Origin: Akkermansia sp.
Lineage (GTDB): Bacteria > Verrucomicrobiota > Verrucomicrobiia > Verrucomicrobiales > Akkermansiaceae
NCBI GenBank assembly: GCA_045636905.1
Contig: JAZTYL010000032.1
Span: 20,781-84,780, forward strand
Reading direction: 5' to 3'
DNA length: 64,000 bases
Below the pieces are notes generated by a model. It was not told the DNA's origin and did not search any database. It saw nothing but the letters and a program-made list of their open reading frames with translations. A program made the position numbers and the translations under genes. This document shows positions 40,441 to 50,532 of the stretch, piece by piece. Each line of letters opens with the position of its first letter. Positions within the stretch are counted from its first letter, which is position 1.

Positions 40441-41826
40441 ATGAGTTACGATTTGATTGTGATTGGTGGCGGCCCGGCCGGTTATGTGGGCGCGATTCGT
40501 GCGGCACAGCTGGGTAAGCGAGTTGTGTGCGTGGAGAAGGAGAATCTGGGCGGCACCTGTCTGAACTGGGGCTGCATCCCCACCAAGGCTCTGCTGAAGA
40601 ATGCCGAGGTGTACAACACCATGGCCCGCCATGCCGCTGAGTATGGTATTTCCTGCGGGGAAATGAGTGTGGACTGGCAGGCGGTGATTGCCCGCTCCCG
40701 CGCCGTGTCGGAGCGTCTGTCCGGTGGTATTGCCTTCCTTTTCAAAAAGAACAAAATCGACCACGTTATCGGTGAGGCCCGCATCGCTGCCCCCGGTCAG
40801 GTGGAAGTCACCGCGGCAGATGGTACGGTGAGCACGCTGGAGGGTGCCAACATCCTGATTGCTACCGGTGCACGCACCCGCGAGGTGCCGGCTTTCCCCT
40901 TCAATGGTCGCACCATTATCGGCAGCCGAGACGCGCTGGTCATGCCCAAGCGCCCGGAGAGCATGATTGTCATCGGTTCCGGTGCCATCGGTACCGAGCT
41001 TTCCTACGTGTACCACTGCTTCGGTACCAAGGTGACGCTGGTGGAGGCTCTGCCGCGCATTCTGCCGAATGAGGATAATGATGTGTGCACCGCCATGGAG
41101 CGCTCCTTCAAGAAGCAGGGTATCACCTGCATGGCCGGCGCCAAGGTGGAGAGCCTGCGCGACAACGGCGACAGCGTTACCGCCACCATCACGGCCAAGA
41201 ATGGCAAGCAGCAGGAGATTACCGCAGATGTGTGCCTCGTGGCTATCGGCGTGGTGCCGGTGGTGCCGGAGGCCGGCGGGCTGGAGCTTACGGAGCGCGG
41301 CTTCATCAAGGTGGATGATGCGTACCGCACCAGCATCTCCGGTGTGTACGCCGTGGGCGACTGCATCGGCGGCATCATGCTGGCACACACAGCCAGTTTC
41401 GAGGCAGAGCAGGCTGTGGAGGGCATGTTCGACCCCACCCATACGCCCAAGCATCCCGTCAATGTGCCCGGCTGCACCTACTGCCACCCGCAGGTGGCCA
41501 GTGTGGGCAAGCGCGAGCGCGAGCTGAAGGAGGCCGGCGTGGAGTACAAGGTGGGCAAGTTCCCCTTCCTGGGCATCGGCAAGGCTGTGGCCACAGGCGA
41601 GACGGAGGGCTTTGTGAAGCTCATCTTCGGCAAGGAAAACGGCGAGCTGCTGGGGGCGCACATCATGGGCGATACGGCTACGGAGATGATTGCTCACCCC
41701 GAGCTGGCTATGAACAGTGAGCTGACGGATGCAGACATGAACGCTATGATTTATGCGCATCCCACGCTTTCCGAGGCTATTCACGAGGCTGTGCTGGCTG
41801 CAGACGGACTGGCAGTGCACGGCTGA
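40441..41826 (+). CDS. lpdA: Dihydrolipoyl dehydrogenase
   Basis: GGGPAGYVGAIRAAQLG, GGTCLNWGCIPTK, HPTLSEA. Confidence 0.93.
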   Translation: MSYDLIVIGGGPAGYVGAIRAAQLGKRVVCVEKENLGGTCLNWGCIPTKALLKNAEVYNTMARHAAEYGISCGEMSVDWQAVIARSRAVSERLSGGIAFLFKKNKIDHVIGEARIAAPGQVEVTAADGTVSTLEGANILIATGARTREVPAFPFNGRTIIGSRDALVMPKRPESMIVIGSGAIGTELSYVYHCFGTKVTLVEALPRILPNEDNDVCTAMERSFKKQGITCMAGAKVESLRDNGDSVTATITAKNGKQQEITADVCLVAIGVVPVVPEAGGLELTERGFIKVDDAYRTSISGVYAVGDCIGGIMLAHTASFEAEQAVEGMFDPTHTPKHPVNVPGCTYCHPQVASVGKRERELKEAGVEYKVGKFPFLGIGKAVATGETEGFVKLIFGKENGELLGAHIMGDTATEMIAHPELAMNSELTDADMNAMIYAHPTLSEAIHEAVLAADGLAVHG

Positions 41827-41844
41827 TAACCCCACACCGCACAG

Positions 41845-42198
41845 ATGGCTCGCAAGTATTACTACGACACCGGCGAGGAGAAGATTGGCCCGGTAACGGG
41901 CAACGAACTCGTGCAGCTGCGCGCCGCCGGGCAGATAGACAACAAGACCTGGGTGCGCCGGGAGGATTCTTCCACCTGGCGCCCGCTGGGCTCCACAGAC
42001 CTGCGCGAGGAGGAGGAAGAAGAGGCGAATCCCAGCCTCTGGAAGCTGCTTACCCGCAACATGTCCACGGGCAATCTCATTCTGGTGGGAGCCGTGGGTG
42101 TGGTGTTCCTGCTCCTGCTGCTGGGTGTGGTGAGTGTCGCCTGGCCGTTTATCCTGGTGGCTCTGGGCGTGTGGATGCTGGCCCGGGCTGTACGCTGA
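41845..42198 (+). CDS. GYF_2 (DUF4339)-like protein with C-terminal TM
   Basis: YYY...GPV..ELVQL..AGQI...TWV.....W.P. Confidence 0.75.
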   Translation: MARKYYYDTGEEKIGPVTGNELVQLRAAGQIDNKTWVRREDSSTWRPLGSTDLREEEEEEANPSLWKLLTRNMSTGNLILVGAVGVVFLLLLLGVVSVAWPFILVALGVWMLARAVR

Positions 42199-42222
42199 TT
42201 TCTTCTTCTTATTATTCCTTCC

Positions 42223-42957
42223 ATGTTCCCCCTGGCTGCATCGCTTTCTCTGCATGAGGTTCAGTCTTTCGACCAGCATTGGCTTTTCTACCTCTGTTCC
42301 ATCTTCGGCTCGGTAGTGGGTGCTCTGGCCGGTGCCTCGGCCTCCAGCCGGGTACGCATGGACTTGTTCGGTATTATCGCCTGCGGTACCATTGCCTCCC
42401 TGGGTGGCGGTACCGTGCGCGATATGCTGCTCACGGGGCTGGTGCGCCCGGACGGCACACCTGTGACCGTGTTCTGGGTGAACCCGAGCGATGTGGTGTT
42501 CCTGTACTGCGCCGTGGGCACCAGTCTACTGGTGTTCTTCGTGACGCGATTCATCACGCCGCCGGTGGGTACCATCCGTGTGGCGGACGCCTTTGCCATG
42601 GCCTTCTTCACCCTGCTGGGGGTGGCCAAGGCGCACTGCATCGGCTGCCCCTGGCTGGTGAGCATCTGCATGGGCGTGTGCACCGGTGTGGCCGGTGGTG
42701 TGCTGCGAGATGTGCTCACCGGCAACGTGCCCTATGTGTTCCGCCCCGGTGAGTTGTACGCTACGGCCTCCTTTGTCGGCTGTGCCTTGTTCGAGTTGCT
42801 CATGGTTTGCGGCTGCTCGTATTCACTCTCTTTCATCCTGGGAGTGGCAGCTGTGTTTATTGTGCGCATTGCGGCTGTGCACCACAACTGGAAGCTTCCT
42901 TCCTACCGCCCTCTTTTCGATACCGTGGGGCGTCGTGACCCGCTCGATGAGGAGTGA
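42223..42957 (+). CDS. Trimeric intracellular cation channel / UPF0126 family membrane protein
   Basis: MDLFG, GGGTVRD, GVAGGVLRDVL, ELYAT. Confidence 0.85.
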   Translation: MFPLAASLSLHEVQSFDQHWLFYLCSIFGSVVGALAGASASSRVRMDLFGIIACGTIASLGGGTVRDMLLTGLVRPDGTPVTVFWVNPSDVVFLYCAVGTSLLVFFVTRFITPPVGTIRVADAFAMAFFTLLGVAKAHCIGCPWLVSICMGVCTGVAGGVLRDVLTGNVPYVFRPGELYATASFVGCALFELLMVCGCSYSLSFILGVAAVFIVRIAAVHHNWKLPSYRPLFDTVGRRDPLDEE

Positions 42958-43002
42958 GAGCCTGCCGGGCGTGGCAGCTGCTGTGCATGCCACGCGCAGG
43001 GG

Positions 43003-43030
43003 TTGACATTATACGCGCGTGCGCTATAAT
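43003..43030 (+). promoter_or_regulatory. Consensus sigma70 promoter, leaderless grpE
   Basis: TTGACA-16 nt-TATAAT, 6 nt before ATG 43037. Confidence 0.8.
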
Positions 43031-43036
43031 GGGCTC

Positions 43037-43636
43037 ATGAGCGAAACTGACAAAGATTTGGAAAAAGAAATGCCGGAGGGTGCCGCCTGCGAAGACCCCT
43101 GCGGTTGCAATGAACCGGAGAAGCCGGAGCAGGAGTATGCCGACGCGGTGGATGAGTCTGCCGAGGGCGAGGCGGAAGCCGCTGTGGACGAGCTGCAGAA
43201 GTGGCGCGATATGGCGATGCGCACCGCTGCTGAGTACGACAACTACCGCAAGCGCTGCGTGAAGGATCGCGAGGAGTTCACCCGCTACGCCACACGCGGT
43301 CTGCTGGAGGAGCTGCTGCCTGTGGTGGACAATTTCGAGATGGGCATGATGATGGCCGGCCAGGATACGTCGTCCATGATTTACATCGGCATGAGCATGG
43401 TGCAGAAGCAGCTCAACGATTTCATGGCTTCTCAGGGTGTGGAGCCCATTCCCACCGAGGTAGGCCAGATGTTCGACCACAATATCCACGAGGCTATTCA
43501 GAGCGAGCCGTCCGATAAGCCGGAGGGCACCATTATCCGCATCCTGCGCCGCGGCTACAACCTGAAGGGTCGCCTGCTGCGCCCTGTCAATGTGGTGGTG
43601 GCCGCCGCTCCCGAGACTGAGCAGCCTGCAGAGTAA
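43037..43636 (+). CDS. grpE: Nucleotide exchange factor GrpE
   Basis: [38 protein letters not shown]. Confidence 0.93.
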   Translation: MSETDKDLEKEMPEGAACEDPCGCNEPEKPEQEYADAVDESAEGEAEAAVDELQKWRDMAMRTAAEYDNYRKRCVKDREEFTRYATRGLLEELLPVVDNFEMGMMMAGQDTSSMIYIGMSMVQKQLNDFMASQGVEPIPTEVGQMFDHNIHEAIQSEPSDKPEGTIIRILRRGYNLKGRLLRPVNVVVAAAPETEQPAE

Positions 43637-43659
43637 AACACGACCGTATTTTTCCGACC

Positions 43660-44799
43660 ATGGCAAACGATTATTACAGCGTGCTGGGGGTAGATAAGGG
43701 GGCGGATGACGCCACCATCAAGAAAGCTTACCGCAAGCTCGCTATGCAATACCACCCGGACCGCAATCCGGACGATAAGGCGGCCGAGGAGAAGTTCAAG
43801 GAGGTGGGCGAGGCTTACGAGGTGCTCAGCAACCCGGATAAGCGCGCAGCGTACGACCGCCTCGGGCACGAGGCCTTCAAGAATGGCGGTATGGGCGGCG
43901 CCGGTGGTGCCGGCGGCTTCGGCGGATTCACCGACCCCATGGACATTTTTGCCCAGTTTTTCGGCGGTATGGGTGGCTTCGGCGGTTTCGGAGGCGGCGG
44001 ACGCCGCCAGGCAGACCCGCGCCAGCCTGGCTCGGATATCCGCTACGACCTGGAGATTACGCTGGAGGAAGCCGCGCACGGCTGCGACAAGACGCTGGAG
44101 ATAGACCACATGGCTCCCTGCGATGCCTGCGGTGCTACCGGCTCGAAGGATGGCAAGGCCGGCTTCAAGACCTGTCCGACCTGCCACGGTACTGGCGTGG
44201 TAACTCGCCAGAGCGGTTTCTTTGTGCAGCAGAGCACCTGCCCGAGCTGCCACGGTGCCGGCCAGACAATAACCAACCCATGCTCCAAATGCCACGGCGA
44301 GGGGCGTGTGCATAAAGATGTGCAGGTGACTCTGCATATCCCCGCCGGTGTGGATACCGGCACGCGTATCCGCTCCACGGGCAATGGCGATGCTGGTCTG
44401 CACGGCGGCGAAGCGGGGGACCTCTACGTGTTCCTGGAGGTGGCCGAGCACGAGATTTTCGAGCGTCGCGGGCTGGAGCTTTATGTTTCCATGCCGGTGA
44501 GTCTGCTGGATGCCGCCCGTGGTGGCACTATATCGGTGCCGACGCTGGATGGCGAATCCAAGCTTAAGATACCTGCCGGGACGATGGGCGGCACCACCTT
44601 CCGCGTGCGCGGCAAGGGTATGCCTGCTCTGCGCGGCAGCGGTCGCGGCGACCTTATGGTGGAGATTATGGTGGAGACTCCCAGCGGCCTGAGCTCCAAG
44701 CAGCTTAAAGCTCTGGAGAGCTTCTGCGCCACGCTGGATGAGGACAACCAGCCCGAGGTGCGCGAATTCAGCAAGCGCGCTGCCAAGTACATGAAGTAA
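43660..44799 (+). CDS. dnaJ: Chaperone DnaJ
   Basis: J domain HPD, G/F region, four CxxCxGxG repeats. Confidence 0.96.
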   Translation: MANDYYSVLGVDKGADDATIKKAYRKLAMQYHPDRNPDDKAAEEKFKEVGEAYEVLSNPDKRAAYDRLGHEAFKNGGMGGAGGAGGFGGFTDPMDIFAQFFGGMGGFGGFGGGGRRQADPRQPGSDIRYDLEITLEEAAHGCDKTLEIDHMAPCDACGATGSKDGKAGFKTCPTCHGTGVVTRQSGFFVQQSTCPSCHGAGQTITNPCSKCHGEGRVHKDVQVTLHIPAGVDTGTRIRSTGNGDAGLHGGEAGDLYVFLEVAEHEIFERRGLELYVSMPVSLLDAARGGTISVPTLDGESKLKIPAGTMGGTTFRVRGKGMPALRGSGRGDLMVEIMVETPSGLSSKQLKALESFCATLDEDNQPEVREFSKRAAKYMK

Positions 44800-44815
44800 G
44801 CCTACGCACTGCCTT

Positions 44816-45550
44816 ATGCACCGCTGCTACCTGCCACATGCCGATTTTGCAGCCGGGACTCTCTGTATCGAGGGAGAGGAGGCGCACCACGCTCTGCGCG
44901 TGATGCGCCTGCGCACCGGGGATATCTGCGAGGTGTTCGATGGTGCGGGGCAGGCGGCTCGGGTGCAGGTGCAGAGCGGCCACGGCAGCAGCATGTGTGT
45001 GCAGGTGCAGGAGATGCTCCCGCCCATGCCCCCTGTGGCTTCCGTGACCCTGGCCCTGGCGGTGCCCAAGGGCAATAATATGGACCTGATTGTCCAGAAG
45101 GCGGTGGAGATGGGCGTGAGCCGTATCGTGCCGCTGATGACAGAGCGCACCATCGTGCGCCTCAGCGGCAAAGACGCTGCCGCCAAAGCGGAGAAGTGGC
45201 GCCGCACTGTGCTGGAAGCCTGCAAGCAGTGCGGCGTGAATACCCTGCCGGTGGTGGAGGAGCCGCAGACATACAAACAGTTTCTGCAGCGGGATGACCT
45301 GCCGGAGCTCAAGCTGCAATGCGCCATCGTGCCGCATGCCCGCCCGCTGCGGGAGGTGCTGGAGGCGGGGCGTGCTGCGGGTTCCCGCGGCTGTGTGCTG
45401 CTGATAGGCCCGGAGGGGGATTTCTCCCCGGCGGAGTATACGGCCGGCGAGGCTGCCGGGTATACGCCCACGGGGCTTGGCCCCATTATTCTGCGGGTGG
45501 AGACAGCTGTTTTCCTGGCTGTGGCTGCCGCCCGCTATGCGCTGGACTGA
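44816..45550 (+). CDS. rsmE: 16S rRNA m3U1498 methyltransferase
   Basis: HALRVMR, QKAVEMG, EACKQC, IGPEGDF, LGPIILRVETA. Confidence 0.92.
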   Translation: MHRCYLPHADFAAGTLCIEGEEAHHALRVMRLRTGDICEVFDGAGQAARVQVQSGHGSSMCVQVQEMLPPMPPVASVTLALAVPKGNNMDLIVQKAVEMGVSRIVPLMTERTIVRLSGKDAAAKAEKWRRTVLEACKQCGVNTLPVVEEPQTYKQFLQRDDLPELKLQCAIVPHARPLREVLEAGRAAGSRGCVLLIGPEGDFSPAEYTAGEAAGYTPTGLGPIILRVETAVFLAVAAARYALD

Positions 45551-45571
45551 GCTCCGGGCGCTGCCAATTTT

Positions 45572-47770
45572 ATGACCATACGAACACTTGTGATGACGGC
45601 GCTCTGTGTCCTGCCGGGCACAGCTGCGACACTTGCTGAGCAGGCGGCTCCGGCTGCAGTGGCTCCAGCGCTGGACACGCATCCCTACTTTGCGGATATG
45701 CCGTATCCTGCCTGGTCCCGCCTCACGGCGGCACAGGCACTCAAAGATGCCCCCGTGGCCATGCAGCTGGCTCAGGTTCGGCTGGATGCCATACGTGCTC
45801 TGAGCCCGGAGCAGATGAGCTTCGAGAATACCTTCGTGGCTCTGGGCGAGGCAACGCGTGAGCTGGAGAAGGTGTCCGACTACCTGCGCACGCTCGCTTC
45901 CACCATGGACACCCCGGAGATTCGCGAGGCCCAGGCCGCGCTTATACCGGAGCTGAATCGTTTTTACTCCACCATATCGGCGGATACACGACTCTGGGAG
46001 GTGTTGCGCACGGCGGCGGAGCGCCCCTGGGCCGCGCAGCTCAGCTCGCAGAAAAAGATGCTGGTGAAGCAGACTCTGGACAGCTTCCGCGACAACGGCG
46101 CCGAGCTTCCGGCAGACAAGAAGGCCCGCAAGGCCGAAATCGAGCAGCAACTCTCGGAGCTGACCCTCAAGTTTGCCAAAAATGTGCTGGATTCCACCAA
46201 CGCCTGGCAGTATATCGTGACGGATAAGGCCCAGCTGGCCGGCATGAGCGACAACTGGCTGGAAGCCGCCGCAGCAGATGCCGCGGCACATGGGTATGGC
46301 AGCGCCGAGGCTCCGGCCTGGCGTATCTCGCTGAAGGCCGGCAGTGCCGGCACCGTGCTGCGCGATTGCTCCGTGGAGGCAACCCGCAAACTCTGCTGGG
46401 AGGCTCAGGCGGACATCGGCCGGAGTGGGGAGTATGACAACGCCCCCATCGTGGCCAAGGTCATGCAGCTGCGCCATGAGTTTGCTCAGCTTCTGGGCTT
46501 TGCCACCTGGGCGGACTATGTGACGCGCAACCGCATGGTGGGCAGCGGTGCAGGGGCCATGGGATTTGTGGACAGCATGCTGGAGCGCCTCAGCCCGGCA
46601 TTCCTCGGCGAGTGTGCGGAGCTGCTGGCCTATGCGAACGAGTGCCGCGGAGAGAAAGCTTCCACCCTGGCACCCTGGAACCTGCGCTACTACCTCAACG
46701 AGTACACGCAGAAGAAATGCGCCTTTGACCCCGAGAGCGTGCGTCCCTATTTTGCCTGCGATAAGGTGCTGGCCGGCATGTTCGGCATCGCCTCCCGCCT
46801 CTATAATATTTCCATCGACGAGTTGCCCACCGTCTGCCTGCAGCCAGGCGAATCCTGCCCTGCCGGCAAGGTGGAAGTGTGGCACCCGGAGGTGCGCATG
46901 TTCGCTATCTCGGATAAGGCAAGCGGGGCTCACCTGGGCTCTTTCTACCTGGACCTCCACCCCCGCGCCGGTAAGCGCGCCGGTGCCTGGATGTCCCCCC
47001 TGCGTGTCGGTGCTCCCGGCAAGGACGGCGCGCCGCATACCCCGCATCTGGCGGCCATCACCGCGAATCTCACCCGCCCGGTGGCAGGCAAACCGGCCTT
47101 GTTCAGCCACCTGGACGTGGAGACCCTCTTCCACGAGTTCGGCCACATGCTGCATGCTATGCTGACTGATACCGAGCTGGCGGGGCACTGGTGTTCCGGC
47201 ATTGCCTGGGACTTTATCGAGCTGCCCAGCATCATCAATGAAAACTGGACCTGGGAGCCGGAAGCTCTGGCCCTCTACGCGCACCACTACGAGAGCGGCG
47301 AGCCTATGCCGGCCGACCTGGTGGAGCGTCTCAATGCCAGCCGCTATTTCATGCCGGCTATCGGCAATATGCGCCAGTTCTGCCTCTCCAAGCTGGATCT
47401 GGAGATGCACATGAACTATGCCACTCGTTTTGCCGGGCGAGATATCGATACCGCCACAGCTGAGCTGCTGGCCCCCTGGCAGATGCCCTCCGGTGTGGAC
47501 GAGCCTTCCTACATGCGCCGCCTCTCCCACTGCATGAGCGGAGCTTATGCCGCCGGCTACTACTCCTACCAGTGGGCGGATGTGCTGGCAGCGGATGCCT
47601 TCCGCCGTTTCGAGTCAGAGGGTATCCTGAATCCGGCCCCCGCGGCGGCTTTCCGCAAGGCTGTGCTCTCCGTAGGTGGCAGCAAGCCGGCCGCAGAGGC
47701 CTACCGCGATTTCCTGGGCCGCGACCCCGACCCGGATGCCTACCTTAAAGCCACGGGCATCGTGAAGTAA
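45572..47770 (+). CDS. M3-family oligopeptidase (OpdA-like) with signal peptide
   Basis: KRAGAWM, TLFHEFGHMLH, DFIELPS, YAAGYYSYQWA. Confidence 0.9.
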   Translation: MTIRTLVMTALCVLPGTAATLAEQAAPAAVAPALDTHPYFADMPYPAWSRLTAAQALKDAPVAMQLAQVRLDAIRALSPEQMSFENTFVALGEATRELEKVSDYLRTLASTMDTPEIREAQAALIPELNRFYSTISADTRLWEVLRTAAERPWAAQLSSQKKMLVKQTLDSFRDNGAELPADKKARKAEIEQQLSELTLKFAKNVLDSTNAWQYIVTDKAQLAGMSDNWLEAAAADAAAHGYGSAEAPAWRISLKAGSAGTVLRDCSVEATRKLCWEAQADIGRSGEYDNAPIVAKVMQLRHEFAQLLGFATWADYVTRNRMVGSGAGAMGFVDSMLERLSPAFLGECAELLAYANECRGEKASTLAPWNLRYYLNEYTQKKCAFDPESVRPYFACDKVLAGMFGIASRLYNISIDELPTVCLQPGESCPAGKVEVWHPEVRMFAISDKASGAHLGSFYLDLHPRAGKRAGAWMSPLRVGAPGKDGAPHTPHLAAITANLTRPVAGKPALFSHLDVETLFHEFGHMLHAMLTDTELAGHWCSGIAWDFIELPSIINENWTWEPEALALYAHHYESGEPMPADLVERLNASRYFMPAIGNMRQFCLSKLDLEMHMNYATRFAGRDIDTATAELLAPWQMPSGVDEPSYMRRLSHCMSGAYAAGYYSYQWADVLAADAFRRFESEGILNPAPAAAFRKAVLSVGGSKPAAEAYRDFLGRDPDPDAYLKATGIVK

Positions 47771-47785
47771 AAATCCTCAGCGTAT

Positions 47786-47830
47786 GAAACGAGCCGCCAC
47801 CCTGTACGCAGGGTGGCGGCTCTTGTTTTC
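47786..47830. terminator. Bidirectional terminator at left edge of signalling island
   Basis: GAGCCGCCACCCTG-tacg-CAGGGTGGCGGCTC perfect 14-bp stem between convergent genes. Confidence 0.85.
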
Positions 47831-47846
47831 GAAATGGGGTTTTATA

Positions 47847-48437
47847 TCACGAGCCCGGTTTGGATATGGACTCTCCCACGTCGATAGTTTTAGTCGTGGT
47901 GGCCGGCTTAGACTTGGGCTTGGGCTTGGGTTTGGGTTTGGGCTTAGGTGGTTCGGGAACTTCGACTACCACCGGCTTGTAGCGCCAGTAATTCTTGTAC
48001 ATCCAATTGCTGATGTAGGTTGGGGTATAAGCTCCGGCCTCCATCAGTTCGTATGTGATGTCATCGTAATCCTTCTTATAGGCAATTTGAATAGCATCAG
48101 GAGTTCTGTTGTAGAATTTATCCCACAGGATATCCGTGAGCCAGTAGCCTTTCATTTCTGAATACAGGCCGAGCGTGCCAACAAGCAAAGTAATATCGAC
48201 GGGGATGGTTATCATGCCTGTCGGGATAACCCACCAGAGGTTTGAGGCCGGGGGCTCACCCTCCAGGTGTTCTATTTTTTTTCTCGGGCTTAATGTCTTG
48301 GCGTAGGCTATTTCGCGGCGGACAGCATATATATCATTTCTCTCCACTGCTCGGTGCAGGTCGGAATGGCAACTGCACAGCATACAGCCGGAGGCTATGA
48401 GAGGCACAAGCAGTTGGCGGGTGAGAGTGTGTTTCAT
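47847..48437 (-). CDS. Lipoprotein A1 (split ankyrin-like + hydrophobic insert + PK tail)
   Basis: MKHTLTRQ...LCSC lipobox; SDLHRAVERND; WWVIPTGMITIPVDITLLVGTLGLY; PKPKPK tail. Confidence 0.75.
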   Translation of the reverse strand: MKHTLTRQLLVPLIASGCMLCSCHSDLHRAVERNDIYAVRREIAYAKTLSPRKKIEHLEGEPPASNLWWVIPTGMITIPVDITLLVGTLGLYSEMKGYWLTDILWDKFYNRTPDAIQIAYKKDYDDITYELMEAGAYTPTYISNWMYKNYWRYKPVVVEVPEPPKPKPKPKPKPKSKPATTTKTIDVGESISKPGS

Positions 48438-48512
48438 GATGTGATGAGGTGGAGCGTTTTTTGAGGCCGGGGGCAAGCGTTAGCTGACGCTGTTTCCGAA
48501 ATGGGGCTCATA

Positions 48513-49094
48513 TCACGAGCCCGGTTTGGCTATGGACTCTCCCACGCCGATAGATTTAGTCGTGGTGGTCGGCTTAGACTTAGGCTTGGGTTTGGGCTTA
48601 GGTGGTTCGGGAGCCTCGACTACCACCGGCTTGTAACGCCAGTAATTCTTGTACATCCAATCGCTGGTAATGTATGAGGGGCTGGCACCGGCCTCCATCA
48701 GTTCGTATGTAATGTCATAGTTATGATTCCAGAAAGAAGACTCAACAGCATCAGGAGTATTATTGTAGAAATTATACCACAGGATATCAGAGAGCCAGTA
48801 ATCCTCTGTTGCTGCATACAAGCCGAGTGTACCAAAGAGCAGACAAAGATCGATGGGGACGGTTATCATGCCGGTAGGGACAATCCACCAGAGGTTTGAG
48901 GCCGGGGGAGCACCTTTCAGGTGTTCCAATTTTTTTCTCGGGCTTAATGTGTTGGCGTAGGCTATCTCGCGGCGGACAGCGTATATATTATTTTCCTCAA
49001 CCGCACGATGCAGGTCGGAATGACAACTGCTCAGCAAGGTGCAACCAGCCAAGGCCGGAAACAATGCAAATCTTTGGAAGTTATTGAGTTTCAT
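48513..49094 (-). CDS. Lipoprotein A2, paralog of A1
   Basis: LSSC lipobox; mature region highly similar to A1. Confidence 0.75.
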   Translation of the reverse strand: MKLNNFQRFALFPALAGCTLLSSCHSDLHRAVEENNIYAVRREIAYANTLSPRKKLEHLKGAPPASNLWWIVPTGMITVPIDLCLLFGTLGLYAATEDYWLSDILWYNFYNNTPDAVESSFWNHNYDITYELMEAGASPSYITSDWMYKNYWRYKPVVVEAPEPPKPKPKPKSKPTTTTKSIGVGESIAKPGS

Positions 49095-49105
49095 AAGGAT
49101 TCTGA

Positions 49106-49735
49106 TTATCTTCCCGGGGTGGATAACTCCTGCCCGGTCAGGAGTTCTACACTGGCGGATGAAGGGGTGGAGGCTGCGGGTTTGGGGGCCGGAGTCGGCT
49201 TGCGTTTAGGCTTGGACTTGCGCGGAGTCGGTGCGGGCTCGGGAGCAGGCTGTACTTCAGCAGCCGGTGCAACGCGCTGGGTATACCAGGTGGCACTCCC
49301 GTTTGCTTCGCTGTATGCATGGTTTTTCTCCATGTACTCCCTTACATAAGCGGGAGCTTTGGCCTTGTTTACCAGAAGATGTCCTACAATATCGATATGC
49401 CCGTTCTTCAATGCGGCTTCGGCGGCTGTTCTATCGCGGGCAGCAACGATTGCGCCACAAATCGTGTCTTCGAATTTATCGCCGTATTTGCCTAAAGTGA
49501 TAAGCATAAGGCACATATCCACAGAAAGAGCGGCAAGGCCGAAGGGAAGAGTAAATAGAGTAACGAGGCCGGTTTGATCTTTTCCGCTGAGATTATCGCC
49601 TTGTTGAATATGTTTTTTTACCGCGTCCAAATCACCTCTTTCTGCAGCATAATATACAGGTGCGTGACAACTGTTCAGCAGACAGCCGGAAATCAGCAGC
49701 GGCACCAGCAGGTGGCGGGTGAGAGTGTGTTTCAT
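49106..49735 (-). CDS. Lipoprotein B2 (split ankyrin-like)
   Basis: LNSC lipobox; PVYYAAERGDLDAVK...TAAEAALKNGHIDIVGHLL; Pro-rich tail. Confidence 0.75.
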   Translation of the reverse strand: MKHTLTRHLLVPLLISGCLLNSCHAPVYYAAERGDLDAVKKHIQQGDNLSGKDQTGLVTLFTLPFGLAALSVDMCLMLITLGKYGDKFEDTICGAIVAARDRTAAEAALKNGHIDIVGHLLVNKAKAPAYVREYMEKNHAYSEANGSATWYTQRVAPAAEVQPAPEPAPTPRKSKPKRKPTPAPKPAASTPSSASVELLTGQELSTPGR

Positions 49736-49746
49736 AAGAACTCAGC

Positions 49747-50376
49747 TTATCTTCCCGGGGTGGATAAGTCCCGTCCGGTCGGGAGTTCTACACTGGCGGA
49801 TGAAGGGGAGGAGGCTGCGGGTTTGGGGGCCGGAGTCGGCTTGGGTTTGGGTTTGGACTTGCGCGGAGTCGGTGCGGGCTCGGGAGCAGGCTGCACTTCA
49901 GCAGCCGGTGCAACGCGCTGGGTATACCAGGTGGCTCTCCCGTTTGCTTCGCTGTATGCATGGTTTTGCTCCATGTACTCCCTTACATAAGCGGGAGCTT
50001 TGGCGTTGTTTATCAGAAGATGTCCTACAATATCGATATGCCCGTTCTTCAATGCGGCTTCGGCAGCTGTTCTCTCCATCTCTGTGATGATTGCGCCGGA
50101 AATAGTGTTTTCGTATTTATCGCCATAGGCACCTAAAGTGAGAATGAGCAAGCATAAATCCACAGAAAAACCAGTAAGAAAGAAGGGTAAAACAAATAGA
50201 GCGCCAAGGCCGCTTTGTTCTTCGCCGCTGAGATTATCGCCTCGTTGAATATGTTGTTTAACAGCGTTCAGATCACCTCTTTCTGCAGCATAATATACAG
50301 GTGCATGACAACTGTTCAGCAGACAGCCGGAAATCAGCAGCGGCACAAGCAGGTGGCGGGTGAGAGTGTGTTTCAT
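49747..50376 (-). CDS. Lipoprotein B1, paralog of B2
   Basis: Near-identical ends to B2 with a divergent central hydrophobic segment. Confidence 0.75.
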   Translation of the reverse strand: MKHTLTRHLLVPLLISGCLLNSCHAPVYYAAERGDLNAVKQHIQRGDNLSGEEQSGLGALFVLPFFLTGFSVDLCLLILTLGAYGDKYENTISGAIITEMERTAAEAALKNGHIDIVGHLLINNAKAPAYVREYMEQNHAYSEANGRATWYTQRVAPAAEVQPAPEPAPTPRKSKPKPKPTPAPKPAASSPSSASVELPTGRDLSTPGR

Positions 50377-50447
50377 GATGAGATGTTGTAGAGAGTTTTT
50401 AGAGTCCGGGTGCTTGCGTTACATGGCGCGGCTACCTTATGAGTTAG

Positions 50448-50475
50448 AGTATACAGAATTATAGGCTGCTTGCAA
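50448..50475 (-). promoter_or_regulatory. Possible internal promoter for lipoprotein cluster
   Basis: TTGCAA-16 nt-TATACT on the minus strand. Confidence 0.45.
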
Positions 50476-50532
50476 GTATAATTTTCATGTATATAGTTTG
50501 CGTCTTTATGGTGTAGGGGAATGCTCCGATAA

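Noticed and set aside
42958-43036. CIRCE/HrcA operator before grpE-dnaJ; absence of dnaK
   Set aside because: No TTAGCACTC-N9-GAGTGCTAA present; separation from dnaK is common and not informative.
44768-47530. Long antisense ORFs (also 20195-22402, 40294-42279, 8786-10636, 35204-37156, 6540-8255)
   Set aside because: Shadow frames opposite well-supported GC-rich genes; no recognisable motifs.
49106-50376. Diversity-generating retroelement template/variable pair
   Set aside because: Substitutions are not adenine-specific, both copies are full genes, and there is no reverse transcriptase in the window.
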